From a virus (lineage: Duplodnaviria; Caudoviricetes), in IMG/VR virus record IMGVR_UViG_3300028591_008352, positions 13,106-77,105 of that record: a stretch of DNA of 64,000 nt; one strand, written 5' to 3'. A program made the position numbers and the translations under genes. The notes under the pieces were generated by a model. The model was given only the letters and a program-made list of their open reading frames with translations, was not told where the DNA came from and did no database searches. This document shows, one piece after another, positions 1 to 9,065 of this stretch (position 1 is its first letter; each line of letters begins with the position of its first letter).

Positions 1-2
1 CA

Positions 3-107
3 AGAATTGAAGAAGCGGTAATCGTGGAGCCTGTCAAGGTGACTGCACCAGCGGCCAAGCCAAAGGCGGCTCCCATTCAACTAAGCCTTTTTGGAGATGA
101 CTATTAA
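3..107 (+). CDS. 3' end of a truncated phage gene ending QLSLFGDDY (PcfK-like C-terminus)
   Basis: Open frame from window edge to TAA at 105-107; not in ORF track. Confidence 0.55.
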   Translation, partial: RIEEAVIVEPVKVTAPAAKPKAAPIQLSLFGDDY

Positions 108-306
108 CGGACATACATTCTATGAAATGCCGACTATATGCGGATCCTGCCCCTTCTTCCTCGCAGGGAGGGAGGACACAATGGGATGGTGTACGGCATT
201 TTCCAAGCATAAGAGCAGATGGGCAAACGTCCCCAAGCGATGTAAAGACCTGTTTGAAAAAGCCTTCAAGATAGGCGGTGATTTAGTAATCGTAATCAAG
301 GAATAG
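97..306 (+). CDS. Small hypothetical protein with Cys motifs
   Basis: ATG at 97 overlaps the upstream gene end; CxxC and further Cys residues. Confidence 0.6.
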   Translation: MTINGHTFYEMPTICGSCPFFLAGREDTMGWCTAFSKHKSRWANVPKRCKDLFEKAFKIGGDLVIVIKE

Positions 307-308
307 AC

Positions 309-476
309 ATGAAATATCTTGTAATATGCAAAGACAAGTCAGCGTTCTGGACTGACTATTACACTTTCGATAATATGTGGAATGGTGACACCATCCATTG
401 CGTGATTGATATTGCAGCCGATAAGGTAACGTTTAACGGCTGTGATTGGCAGGAAGTTGAATACGACCATTTGTAA
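309..476 (+). CDS. 55-aa hypothetical protein
   Basis: ATG309 to TAA476 (MKYLVICKDKS...EYDHL) fills the gap between co-oriented genes; below ORF-track cutoff. Confidence 0.55.
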   Translation: MKYLVICKDKSAFWTDYYTFDNMWNGDTIHCVIDIAADKVTFNGCDWQEVEYDHL

Positions 477-488
477 TCGACTAACAGA

Positions 489-1439
489 ATGGACTTCAAC
501 ATTATACACAACATGGACTGCCTCGACGGGCTGAGAGCGATGGATGATTGTAGTATCGACTGTTGCGTCACCTCACCTCCATACTTCGCCTTGCGCGATT
601 ATGGTTGCAACGGTCAGATAGGCTTAGAGCATTCGCCTGAAGAGTATATCGACAAGCTGGTATCTGTCTTTTCCGAGGTGTTGCGCGTGATGAAGCCTGA
701 TGGAACTTGTTGGGTGGTGATTGGTGATACATACGCTGGTTCTTGCAAGGGAGCAGCCAATTATCCTGAAAATGCAAAGAAGTATAAGCAGGGAACGAAT
801 GTTGGATCGTTAGACAAAGCAATCGCGTACAAGTTCGTTACGGAAGCTAAAGACCGTGACCTGATAGGCATTCCGTGGATGCTGGCCTTTGCGCTCAGGA
901 GACTTGGATTCTATCTGAGACAGGATATAATTTGGCACAAGACGAATCCGATGCCGGAGCCTGTCAAGTCAAGGTGTGTGAAGTCTCACGAATACATCTT
1001 CCTGCTATCCAAGTCGCGGACGTATTATTTCAACAGCGAGGCCATCAAGGAACGTGCCGTGACAGCCTTAAAGCGTTGGGATATTGGAAGCAGACAACGT
1101 GGAATACTGGTGCCTGGTCAAAAATACAGTCAATTCAGAGGTGGCTATTATATTCAGAACGAAATGTCAAATAAGAGAGACGTTTGGAGTATTGCGATTA
1201 AGACGACCAAAAACCAAAACCATCATGCCACGTTTCCTGAAGAGATTCCTACGAATTGCATTCTTGCCGGATGTCCTGATGGAGGCATTGTCCTCGACCC
1301 ATTTATGGGATCAGGAACAACGGCTATGGCAGCGCTAAAGACTGGTAGGAACTTTATCGGATTCGAACTAAACACAAACTATTGCTACCTCGCAAACAGG
1401 CGGGTGGCAGAATATCAGAAACAGTTAAGACTATTTTGA
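489..1439 (+). CDS. Orphan DNA methyltransferase (N4-C/N6-A, beta class)
   Basis: TSPPY catalytic motif N-terminal, DPFMGSGTT SAM-binding motif C-terminal, HHATFP. Confidence 0.93.
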   Translation: MDFNIIHNMDCLDGLRAMDDCSIDCCVTSPPYFALRDYGCNGQIGLEHSPEEYIDKLVSVFSEVLRVMKPDGTCWVVIGDTYAGSCKGAANYPENAKKYKQGTNVGSLDKAIAYKFVTEAKDRDLIGIPWMLAFALRRLGFYLRQDIIWHKTNPMPEPVKSRCVKSHEYIFLLSKSRTYYFNSEAIKERAVTALKRWDIGSRQRGILVPGQKYSQFRGGYYIQNEMSNKRDVWSIAIKTTKNQNHHATFPEEIPTNCILAGCPDGGIVLDPFMGSGTTAMAALKTGRNFIGFELNTNYCYLANRRVAEYQKQLRLF

Positions 1440-1443
1440 GATC

Positions 1444-1869
1444 ATGAAAGAAATAAAAAGTATAATTGAAAAGACAACAAATTGTTTCCTACATGGATTG
1501 CTTGTAGGTGCAGCAATGATTTGGTTACTATCATGCTCTGGGAATTGTCATGCCCAGACAAGGGCGGAGGTGCTGCAGGAAATCAAGAGGCAGAACATCC
1601 CCCACCCTGCCGTCGTGCTCGCTCAGGCAAGGCTTGAGACGGGCAACTTCAAGAGCGACTACTACCTTCGCACGAAGAATCTTTTTGGCATCAAGAAGAA
1701 AGGTAAGTACGCAATCTACGACGACTGGCGTGACGGCGTAAGGGAGTACAAGCGTCTGGTGTCGTCACGATACGACGGTGGAAGCTATTACTCCTTCCTC
1801 CGCAGAATCAACTACGCCAGCGACCAGAATTACATCGGAAAACTGAAAAAAATACAAGGATATCATTAA
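1444..1869 (+). CDS. Glucosaminidase (GH73-like) domain protein with hydrophobic N-terminus
   Basis: AQARLETG, NLFGIK and YASDQNY motifs. Confidence 0.8.
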   Translation: MKEIKSIIEKTTNCFLHGLLVGAAMIWLLSCSGNCHAQTRAEVLQEIKRQNIPHPAVVLAQARLETGNFKSDYYLRTKNLFGIKKKGKYAIYDDWRDGVREYKRLVSSRYDGGSYYSFLRRINYASDQNYIGKLKKIQGYH

Positions 1870-1882
1870 ACCATTCAAGACC

Positions 1883-2653
1883 ATGAACGAAGTAATAGAG
1901 TTCGGCGAAAGCCAAAGGACAATGAGCTCCATCGAAATTGCGGAGCTCACGGGAAAGAACCATTTTGACGTGATGCGCTCCATCCGTAACATGGAGCCGG
2001 CATGGGAGAAAGTAAGCCAAAGCAAATTTGCATTGGCCACCTACAAGGATGCACAGGGCAAGGAAAGGCCTTGCTATTTTCTCGACAAGAGGGAATGCCT
2101 GTACATCGCCACCAAGTTCAACGACGAGGCCAGGGCAAAGCTTGTCCTGCGATGGGAGGAACTGGAGACAAGGGAACGGCGGAACTTCACCGCCCTGCCC
2201 GATTTCTCCAACCCTGCCGCTGCCGCCCGTGCCTGGGCCTGTGAGTATGAGGCGAAGCTGATTGAGGCGAAGCGTGCCGACGCTGCCGAGCAACAGGTGT
2301 TCGCACTCTCGCAGGAGATTGAGCAGATGCAGCCGAAGGTCAGCTACTACGACACCATCCTCAACAACAAGTCGACGGTGCTCACCACGCAGATTGCCCT
2401 CGACTACGGCATGTCGGCGAAGGCGTTCAACCAGAAGCTGTTCGCCCTCCGCATCCAACACAAGGTAGGCGACCAGTGGATCCTCTACGCCCCCTACCTC
2501 TCGCAGGGCTACATGCATTCAAAGCCGATAGAGATTACCCGTCGTGACGGTCATAGGGAAATCAAGTACAACTCGGAGTGGACGCAGAAAGGGCGACTGT
2601 TCCTCTACGACGCGTTGAAGAAGCAGAACATCATCCCGTTAATCGAGCAGTAG
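1883..2653 (+). CDS. Rha-family regulator fused to phage antirepressor (ANT/KilAC) domain
   Basis: MSSIEIAELTGKNH N-terminus; PKVSYYD, IALDYGMSAKAFN, WTQKGRLF. Confidence 0.88.
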   Translation: MNEVIEFGESQRTMSSIEIAELTGKNHFDVMRSIRNMEPAWEKVSQSKFALATYKDAQGKERPCYFLDKRECLYIATKFNDEARAKLVLRWEELETRERRNFTALPDFSNPAAAARAWACEYEAKLIEAKRADAAEQQVFALSQEIEQMQPKVSYYDTILNNKSTVLTTQIALDYGMSAKAFNQKLFALRIQHKVGDQWILYAPYLSQGYMHSKPIEITRRDGHREIKYNSEWTQKGRLFLYDALKKQNIIPLIEQ

Positions 2654-2672
2654 CACCAGGAAGGAGTAACTT

Positions 2673-3692
2673 ATGACGTACGACGAGATAACACTGTTCC
2701 GCAAGTTCCTCAATGGAAAGGGCGTGACGAATAACTTCGAGTATTTCTATGCCAACCACCGCTTCGAGAGAATCAGCATCGACGACTACTACGGGAAGGT
2801 TTCGGCGGAGAATGTCATACTGGACGCATTCGACATGGGTTCAGCCGGCAATACCATCTTCAACTTCAAGTACTGGAAGTCCCTCGACGAGAAATGGCAG
2901 CGCAAGCTGCGTGAGTTCAGGCTGACGGGGAAAATGGTGGAGGAAGCCACCGTCAAGTGCGCCCATTGCTGCAGGGTGCTTCCGAAGTCCGCCTTTCTGT
3001 ACCGCTCGAACGGACTGCTCCACAAGCACTGCAAGGAGTGCGAGAGCGGAGAGTGGGACAGGAAGAAGAAAGAGCGCGAAAAGGAGGCAAAGGAGAGAGA
3101 GGAACGGGAAAGGCAGACCCGCCAACTGGAGAAGGAGATTAGCGAGAAGCAGGCCAAGCTACAAAGGCTGACAGATGAAAAGACTGATTGGGAGAGACAC
3201 GACGAGATAGAGAGAGCCCTCAACTATGCCTCCCGCGTATCTGACAAGGAGATAGTGAGCCAAGAACCCGTCAGGAGCACCCAGACGGAGAAGAAGGGGG
3301 ACTTCACCTTCTTCGACTTCGAGAGGACGAGCAGCCTGGCAAACAACATCGGCCCCAACAAGTTCGCCATCAATAACAAGAAAGGCAACTATACAGTGGT
3401 GATGAACATCGAGGACAGCAGGGCCATTATCGACGCAAGCCTGATGCGCCTTCGCCTGAGGCAGGACAACATCACGGGTGCCCTTCATTTCGTTTTCAAC
3501 GCCACCGTCGGTGCTTCCTGTGTCGTCAGGAACAAGAAGAACGTCACCGTTGCCAACAAGCAGCTGGTGGGGTTCCTGGTCAATGCCCTCGGGTATGAGA
3601 GCACGACTGAGCGCATCCTTGTCGACATATCCGACAACCTCTCTCGCACCAGAGACTATGTGACGTTCCTGATCAAGAAACCCAAGAAATAA
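2673..3692 (+). CDS. Hypothetical protein with CxxC-x17-CxxC Zn site and coiled coil
   Basis: 339-aa ORF; CAHC...CKEC followed by an E/K/R-rich helix. Confidence 0.75.
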   Translation: MTYDEITLFRKFLNGKGVTNNFEYFYANHRFERISIDDYYGKVSAENVILDAFDMGSAGNTIFNFKYWKSLDEKWQRKLREFRLTGKMVEEATVKCAHCCRVLPKSAFLYRSNGLLHKHCKECESGEWDRKKKEREKEAKEREERERQTRQLEKEISEKQAKLQRLTDEKTDWERHDEIERALNYASRVSDKEIVSQEPVRSTQTEKKGDFTFFDFERTSSLANNIGPNKFAINNKKGNYTVVMNIEDSRAIIDASLMRLRLRQDNITGALHFVFNATVGASCVVRNKKNVTVANKQLVGFLVNALGYESTTERILVDISDNLSRTRDYVTFLIKKPKK

Positions 3693-3696
3693 TCTC

Positions 3697-4197
3697 ATGT
3701 GTACGATAATGACAAGGGGCGGAGCATTGACTTGGTGGGGAAAGGAACTGCCAAGGGAGGTCGCCTACTGCATCAAGGAGATAGGTCAGGACTGGCGTGA
3801 GGTTACCTATAAGGAAATCTTTGCCAGAAAGAAAGCCCAACAGGATGCCAGAATCTCCATGAAAAGAGAACATGAGGAAGTGAGGCCTTGCGCTGTATGG
3901 GTGTTCTTCAACGAACACGGCATTAACGACATGTTCTTCAAAGGGTGGTGGATATACTTGCGTACGTTGAGGGGCGACTATGCCCTGAACTTCCGAAATC
4001 CGCGTAAAGACCTGGTAATGCAGATTAAGCAGCTCTTCCCTTGCGGATGCATCCCCTTTGATGCAGAGTATGACGAACTTTGGTTTTCCGCTTTCGAGAA
4101 GCAGTACCATCGTACTGGGAAAAGAAAGAGGAACGCTATAGCATTCGCCAGATGTCAGTTTAACAAACGTGGATATATCACCAAAATCTTCAAATAA
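3697..4197 (+). CDS. Hypothetical protein
   Basis: 166-aa ORF in operon context. Confidence 0.7.
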   Translation: MCTIMTRGGALTWWGKELPREVAYCIKEIGQDWREVTYKEIFARKKAQQDARISMKREHEEVRPCAVWVFFNEHGINDMFFKGWWIYLRTLRGDYALNFRNPRKDLVMQIKQLFPCGCIPFDAEYDELWFSAFEKQYHRTGKRKRNAIAFARCQFNKRGYITKIFK

Positions 4198-4216
4198 GTA
4201 CATCGTAGTGAGTAGT

Positions 4217-4247
4217 GTGTATAGTAGTATTTAATATCATAGTACAA
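4217..4247 (+). promoter_or_regulatory. Motif GTGTATAGTAGTAT-N9-TAGTACAA, copy 1
   Basis: Identical blocks and spacing recur at 6525-6555; both lie just upstream of an ATG. Confidence 0.6.
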
Positions 4248-4251
4248 CATT

Positions 4252-5019
4252 ATGGCAACAAAGATAGAATGGACTGATAAGACATGGCAACCGATGCACG
4301 GCTGCACCAAGGTAAGCTCGGCATGTACCAACTGCTATGCAGAGGTGATGGCCAGGAGGTTGCAGGGCAACCATGTAAGGAGTTATGAGAACGGCTTCAA
4401 GCCGACATTGAACCCAGACGTATTGAACGAACCCTACAAGTGGAAGAAGCCAAGTATGGTGTTCGTCTGCTCCATGGGCGACCTGTTCCACCGTGACGTA
4501 CCCTGTGACTACATCGACCAGGTTATGCAGGTGATACGCGACAATCCACAGCACACCTTCCAGATACTCACAAAGAGGGCTGAGAGAATGGCGAAATATT
4601 TCATGGGTGGTGCAAGTGAAGGTGTTCCTCAGAACGCATGGCTGGGTGTCACCTGTGAGAGCTTCAATTACTATGACCGCATCGACTGGCTCAGATGGAT
4701 TGACAAGGCACCCGTTCGCTTCCTCAGCTGTGAGCCACTTATTGGATATCTGGATAACATTAACCTTGACGGCATTGATTGGGTTATCACTGGAGGCGAG
4801 AGCGGATCATGCGCAAGGCACACACCCGCAAACTGCTTCCGTGACCTCAGAGACCGTTGTATCAAAGCCAATGTCCCTTTCTTCTTCAAGCAATGGGGAA
4901 CATGGGGAGAGGACGGTATCAGGCGCAACAAGAAAGACAACGGCTGCCTGCTCGACGGGAGAGAGTGGAAACAATACCCGACACCAAGGACAAACGACAG
5001 GGAGGGAAAGGAATGTTGA
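4252..5019 (+). CDS. Phage Gp37/Gp68 (DUF5131) radical-SAM-like protein
   Basis: KIEWTDKTW, GCTKVSSACTNCYAE, FVCSMGDLFH, FQILTKR, FFFKQWG. Confidence 0.92.
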   Translation: MATKIEWTDKTWQPMHGCTKVSSACTNCYAEVMARRLQGNHVRSYENGFKPTLNPDVLNEPYKWKKPSMVFVCSMGDLFHRDVPCDYIDQVMQVIRDNPQHTFQILTKRAERMAKYFMGGASEGVPQNAWLGVTCESFNYYDRIDWLRWIDKAPVRFLSCEPLIGYLDNINLDGIDWVITGGESGSCARHTPANCFRDLRDRCIKANVPFFFKQWGTWGEDGIRRNKKDNGCLLDGREWKQYPTPRTNDREGKEC

Positions 5020-5264
5020 CGGTTATAGAACGGTTCCATGACTTGATTGAGGACATGGAAGCCTACAAGCGGCAATTCCCGGAAACCGCCGTTCCTTATG
5101 CAAGGATTAAGGAGTCTCTGGAAGAACGGGTGAACGATCCTGTCGGCAGCACCTTCGGGCTCAGCATCGCGACAGATTGGGAAGACAAGTGCTATGGTTT
5201 CGAGGTGGATAGGGTAACCCCGGAAACTACCGTTTTCAGATATTGTGGAACTTGGAAAACATAA
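5013..5264 (+). CDS. Hypothetical protein
   Basis: Internal ATG5013 of ORF 4857-5264 overlaps the upstream stop. Confidence 0.6.
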   Translation: MLTVIERFHDLIEDMEAYKRQFPETAVPYARIKESLEERVNDPVGSTFGLSIATDWEDKCYGFEVDRVTPETTVFRYCGTWKT

Positions 5265-5276
5265 GGAGGCAGACGT

Positions 5277-5669
5277 ATGACGTACGAACGCAAATATGTG
5301 ACTATATCTGGAAGCAACTATGAATTGTGCATCCTGCAGATTGCAGATGAAACGGGCCTCGATGCCAATCTGGTAGAAGAGAAGGTGAAAGAGCTGTTCC
5401 GTGAAGCAGAAGAAAGAGGCGACCTGAAGGACGGCCAGTTGGTAGTCGGCTATATTGCCCAAGTTCCGGACATAAAAGAGGAACTGGAGTCTATGGCTCT
5501 GAAGCTTCAAGATATTGCGGATAAGATGTGCTATGTTGAGGATCTGTTGCTCCCTGCAAAGCCAGAATGTCCTCAGTACATCGAGAGGCTGCACCCATAC
5601 AAGAAGCATGAGAGCCACGGAAAGCGCAATTACTGGCACCGTATCAGGAGCAATCCCCGTCAAAGGTGA
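5277..5669 (+). CDS. Hypothetical protein
   Basis: 130-aa ORF in operon context. Confidence 0.65.
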   Translation: MTYERKYVTISGSNYELCILQIADETGLDANLVEEKVKELFREAEERGDLKDGQLVVGYIAQVPDIKEELESMALKLQDIADKMCYVEDLLLPAKPECPQYIERLHPYKKHESHGKRNYWHRIRSNPRQR

Positions 5670-5732
5670 GTAACAAGTCAGACAACAAGAAACAACGAGA
5701 AATCGAATTTAATCACATAAATTGAAAGAAAG

Positions 5733-6008
5733 ATGAAAAGAGTATTTAAGTACCCTCTCGTCATTGATGACGTAGTAGAAGTAATTATGCCGAAAGGCGC
5801 AAAAGTGCTGACCGTTCAAATGCAACATAACGTACCCTGTATTTGGGCTGTTGTCGAGTCTGAAGAAACTGAACTTGAATCACGGTTCTTCCGTATCGCA
5901 GGAACCGGGCATGGTATTGTAGATGAGATAGTCGATAACTATATAGATACATTCCAAATGCGTGATGGGCTGTTGGTGTTTCATCTGTTTGAGATAAAGA
6001 ACTCTTAA
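5733..6008 (+). CDS. Conserved phage hypothetical protein (DUF7352-like)
   Basis: MPKGAKVLTVQ...GTGH...FHLFE pattern. Confidence 0.6.
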   Translation: MKRVFKYPLVIDDVVEVIMPKGAKVLTVQMQHNVPCIWAVVESEETELESRFFRIAGTGHGIVDEIVDNYIDTFQMRDGLLVFHLFEIKNS

Positions 6009-6018
6009 TATTACAATT

Positions 6019-6519
6019 ATGGAAATAACAAGAAGTAAGACCGTGGTACTGATGCTGTCGCACCACTACCCTAAAACCGCCATCCATGCAGGGAAGCCCA
6101 CCAACTTCAGGGAGCAGCTGCTGGACGGCCGCAAGATTCACACGTGCCGCGGCCGCTACGACGGCTGGGCTCACAACATCGACAAGGTGAACACCCTCAA
6201 CTACGTGCTGTCAGTCCGCGAGTGGGACGGCAAGCCCTACGGGAAGGGAGTGAAGCAAAGGGAAATCAAGCAGTACCGCAAGGCGGGCTACCAGCGCATC
6301 ACCATGAACTACGACCGCGGCACCGACGAGCTGAGGTGCGTCATCGACGGCAAGAGGTTCGACGACATCGAGCAGCTGGCGCGCAACGACGGCATGACGC
6401 TCGAGGAGTTCAAGGACTGGTTCTTCGGGCAGGGACTCGACAGGACGGTCTTCAGCGGCGTGATCATCCACTTCACTGACTTCCGCTACAATACAGGGAA
6501 TAGTACTACCCCATTGTAA
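6019..6519 (+). CDS. Conserved Bacteroidales phage hypothetical protein
   Basis: 166-aa ORF; KIHTCR and LARNDGMTLEEFKDWF. Confidence 0.7.
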   Translation: MEITRSKTVVLMLSHHYPKTAIHAGKPTNFREQLLDGRKIHTCRGRYDGWAHNIDKVNTLNYVLSVREWDGKPYGKGVKQREIKQYRKAGYQRITMNYDRGTDELRCVIDGKRFDDIEQLARNDGMTLEEFKDWFFGQGLDRTVFSGVIIHFTDFRYNTGNSTTPL

Positions 6520-6524
6520 GGGTG

Positions 6525-6555
6525 GTGTATAGTAGTATAATCATAAATAGTACAA
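6525..6555 (+). promoter_or_regulatory. Motif GTGTATAGTAGTAT-N9-TAGTACAA, copy 2
   Basis: Repeat of 4217-4247, 5 nt before the ssb ATG. Confidence 0.6.
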
Positions 6556-6560
6556 TCTAT

Positions 6561-6947
6561 ATGTCGATAAACAAGGCAATACTGGTCGGGAACGTCGGCG
6601 CAGAACCGAAGGTGACGACCTATTCAAGCGGCAAGGTGGCACAGGTATCGCTCGCCACCACGGAGCGGGGGTACACCCTGCAGAACGGCACACAGGTGCC
6701 TGAGAGAACTGAGTGGCACAACCTCATAGCATGGGGGAAGACTGCCGAAGTGATGGAACGCTACGTGCACAAGGGCTCCAAGCTCTACGTGGAGGGGAAG
6801 ATAAAGACACGCTCATACGATGACCGCCAAGGGCGCAAGTGCTACGTGACGGAGATACACATCGACGTGCTTGAATTGCTCGATCCGAAGCAAGCAGCCA
6901 ACGGCAACCAGCAGCAATCTCCATACGATGACCGAATAAACTTCTGA
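6561..6947 (+). CDS. ssb: Single-stranded DNA-binding protein
   Basis: INKAILVGNVG, TEWHN, KGSKLYVEGKIKTRSY, acidic C-terminal DDRINF. Confidence 0.96.
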   Translation: MSINKAILVGNVGAEPKVTTYSSGKVAQVSLATTERGYTLQNGTQVPERTEWHNLIAWGKTAEVMERYVHKGSKLYVEGKIKTRSYDDRQGRKCYVTEIHIDVLELLDPKQAANGNQQQSPYDDRINF

Positions 6948-6951
6948 GACT

Positions 6952-7383
6952 ATGCCGAGAAAAGGTAGAATGAGCCCGGAGGAAAAGTTCGCCATGCTCC
7001 TTGCCAGATCCAACACGGGAACCAAGCAGAAGCCATCGCACATAGAGAGCGAGATGCAGCGGTCGTGCAAGAAGTGGTTCGGCCTCCAATATCCCAAGCT
7101 GGGCCGCCTGTTGTTCGCCGTTCCCAACGGCGGTGCCAGGAACTCACGCGAGGCAGCCATCATGAAGGCGGAGGGAGTAACCGCCGGAGTGGCAGACATG
7201 ATACTGCTCATACCCCGTCACGGCTACGGCAGCCTGTGCATTGAGTTCAAGACAAAGGAAGGTCGCCAGTCGGACAGTCAGAAGCTTTGGCAGACAGACG
7301 CGGAATCCAACGGAAACAAGTACGTCGTGATACGAAGCGTGGAGCAATTTGTTAATGAAATAAAAAAATATTTGGCTGACTGA
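6952..7383 (+). CDS. VRR-NUC domain nuclease
   Basis: FAVPNGG, GVTAGVADMILL, LCIEFKT...QSDSQK. Confidence 0.9.
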   Translation: MPRKGRMSPEEKFAMLLARSNTGTKQKPSHIESEMQRSCKKWFGLQYPKLGRLLFAVPNGGARNSREAAIMKAEGVTAGVADMILLIPRHGYGSLCIEFKTKEGRQSDSQKLWQTDAESNGNKYVVIRSVEQFVNEIKKYLAD

Positions 7384-7401
7384 GTTTTTTTGGTTTTAAA
7401 A

Positions 7402-7433
7402 GTGCCTATCAAGCACGGAAATTTGTAAATTTG
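7402..7433 (+). promoter_or_regulatory. Palindrome GTGCCTATCAAGCAC plus -7 box TAAATTTG upstream of holin-like gene
   Basis: Palindrome 7402-7416, -7 box 7426-7433; palindrome recurs at 14028, 22505 and 22636. Confidence 0.6.
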
Positions 7434-7464
7434 CGCAATTACAAATGTTACATATTAATTAGCA

Positions 7465-7932
7465 ATGGAAGAATTTGTTTTCAGAGGAATGGGCATGATG
7501 TACATGCTTTCTGTAGTAGTCATGTTGGCAGTCATCGTTGCCATGGGTGTTGATTTCGTCTCTGGCTGGCGTAAGGCCAAGATACGGGGTGACGAGCATA
7601 CAAGCTATGCAGCTTCACGGACACTTACGAAGTTCCTAATCTATGAAGGCATCCTGCTCATTGGCGTTTGCATTGACACAATGATACACTTCGTATGGGC
7701 AATGCTGATGGATGGGTCATACTTCGTCCCGCTGATGACGATAGTATGGGGTATCATCCTGTGCATTGTAGAGGCATGGAGCGTCAGGGAAAAGGCAGAC
7801 AAGAAGCAGCGAAAGAGGATGGACGAAGCCGCTGCGGCCCTTGCCCAGATCCTCGACAAGGAAACGGTGCTTGAGATACTGAGAGCCCGGATGAAGAATG
7901 AGGAAGCCTCAGACATAGCTGAAGACATATAG
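7465..7932 (+). CDS. Holin-like membrane protein (Bacteroidetes phage type)
   Basis: Three hydrophobic segments; DFVSGWRKAKIRG and EAWSVREK; charged C-terminus. Confidence 0.65.
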   Translation: MEEFVFRGMGMMYMLSVVVMLAVIVAMGVDFVSGWRKAKIRGDEHTSYAASRTLTKFLIYEGILLIGVCIDTMIHFVWAMLMDGSYFVPLMTIVWGIILCIVEAWSVREKADKKQRKRMDEAAAALAQILDKETVLEILRARMKNEEASDIAEDI

Positions 7933-7955
7933 ACGAAAGAGAGGTCACAAAAAAG

Positions 7956-7998
7956 AGAGCCGCCGGAAGCCACTCATAAGTTCGCTTCCGGCGGCTCT
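7956..7998. terminator. Bidirectional terminator-like hairpin
   Basis: Perfect 15-bp stem AGAGCCGCCGGAAGC/GCTTCCGGCGGCTCT between convergent genes. Confidence 0.8.
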
Positions 7999-8019
7999 TC
8001 TTGGAAAGGAGAGGCTTCG

Positions 8020-8472
8020 CTATGGGTTGTCGTCGTCCTCCCCGTCGTCGGTCACGGACGTGCCCATCTGCTCGATGTCGAGGAACGACGCCTTCTTCCT
8101 CATGGTGACGGAGTCGAGCGGGAACGCCTTGCTCCTGTTGGGGAGGAAGCGAAGGTGCACCTTGACGATCTTCTCCGAGGTGTAGTCCTCCGCAAGGTCC
8201 TCGCCCCTCGACTCCGCGCTCAGGTAGAACGTGCCGAGGTCTCCGAGCCGCACCTTCTTCGAGTCGAGGCACAGTTCCACGAGGCAGTCGCACGCCGCCG
8301 TCAGCACCCCCATGATGGTAGCCCTGTCGAAAGGCGAGCCGTGGCTGGAGATGTGGTTTGCGAACTCGTTGGTGGTGAGCGTCTCCGTATGCACGATGCG
8401 CCCGTAGGTCTTCCCGAATGCGGTTGAGCCCTTCACGTTGTTCTTGTACTTTCTCGTAATCAGTTTAGACAT
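8020..8472 (-). CDS. HU-like histone-like DNA-binding protein (Bacteroidetes type)
   Basis: KVRLGDLGTF, VHLRFLP, acidic tail. Confidence 0.85.
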   Translation of the reverse strand: MSKLITRKYKNNVKGSTAFGKTYGRIVHTETLTTNEFANHISSHGSPFDRATIMGVLTAACDCLVELCLDSKKVRLGDLGTFYLSAESRGEDLAEDYTSEKIVKVHLRFLPNRSKAFPLDSVTMRKKASFLDIEQMGTSVTDDGEDDDNP

Positions 8473-8570
8473 GGTTTCTTTTTCTTTTAATCGTTAGACA
8501 TCCTGTTACTTCACTCGCGTAAACGTTTACCGTGTGCAAAGGTACCATTTCCGCACGGCCACGAAAATGG

Positions 8571-8689
8571 TTCCTTCGGCTTCCATCGCCTTCCGTCCCG
8601 TTACGTCCAGTTTCGTCCCACTGACGGCAAGGCGGCACTTTTCCAGTGCCAAACAGGCACTTTTCCACCGCTAAAGCGGCACTTTTCCA
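8571..8689. repeat. Five 10-bp-phased TT(C/A/T)CnTC units then three GGCACTTTTCCA copies at 22-bp period
   Basis: Units at 8571-8620; GGCACTTTTCCA at 8634, 8656, 8678; flanked by divergent TACCTTTG boxes (8537-8544 minus, 8753-8760 plus). Confidence 0.75.
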
Positions 8690-8779
8690 AGATTGTGCGG
8701 TTATGTCCTGTTATAGGGTGTCTCCGAACCGCCGAATGTGGGCGAAATTCCGTACCTTTGCAGGCGATTAGGCACGCGA

Positions 8780-9001
8780 ATGGAGTTCAAGATACGCGAA
8801 TACGGAAGGACGGAGCTTGCACTGGCATACTGCCCGGACATCGCCCCGGAATCCGCTTGGAAGAAGTTCAAGCGGTGGATGGAGCTGTACCCCGGCCTGA
8901 TGGACGGCCTGCGTGCCATCGGCTACAGTCCGCGCACGCGGAGCTTCACGCCCCGACAGGTCCGCCTTATCGTGGAATGCCTCGGCTCTCCTGCCGATTA
9001 A
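8780..9001 (+). CDS. DUF4248 domain protein
   Basis: FKIREYGRTELALAY...FTPRQVRLIVECLGSP. Confidence 0.88.
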   Translation: MEFKIREYGRTELALAYCPDIAPESAWKKFKRWMELYPGLMDGLRAIGYSPRTRSFTPRQVRLIVECLGSPAD

Positions 9002-9065
9002 CAATATTTCTGATACGGAAACGGGCCATAACCAATATGATTATCGCCCGTTTCCTGTGTGGTTA

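Noticed and set aside
489-1439. MTase as part of a restriction-modification system
   Set aside because: No adjacent restriction endonuclease; orphan MTases are common in phages
4671-5663. 330-aa minus-strand ORF
   Set aside because: Overlaps three plausible plus-strand genes and has no motifs
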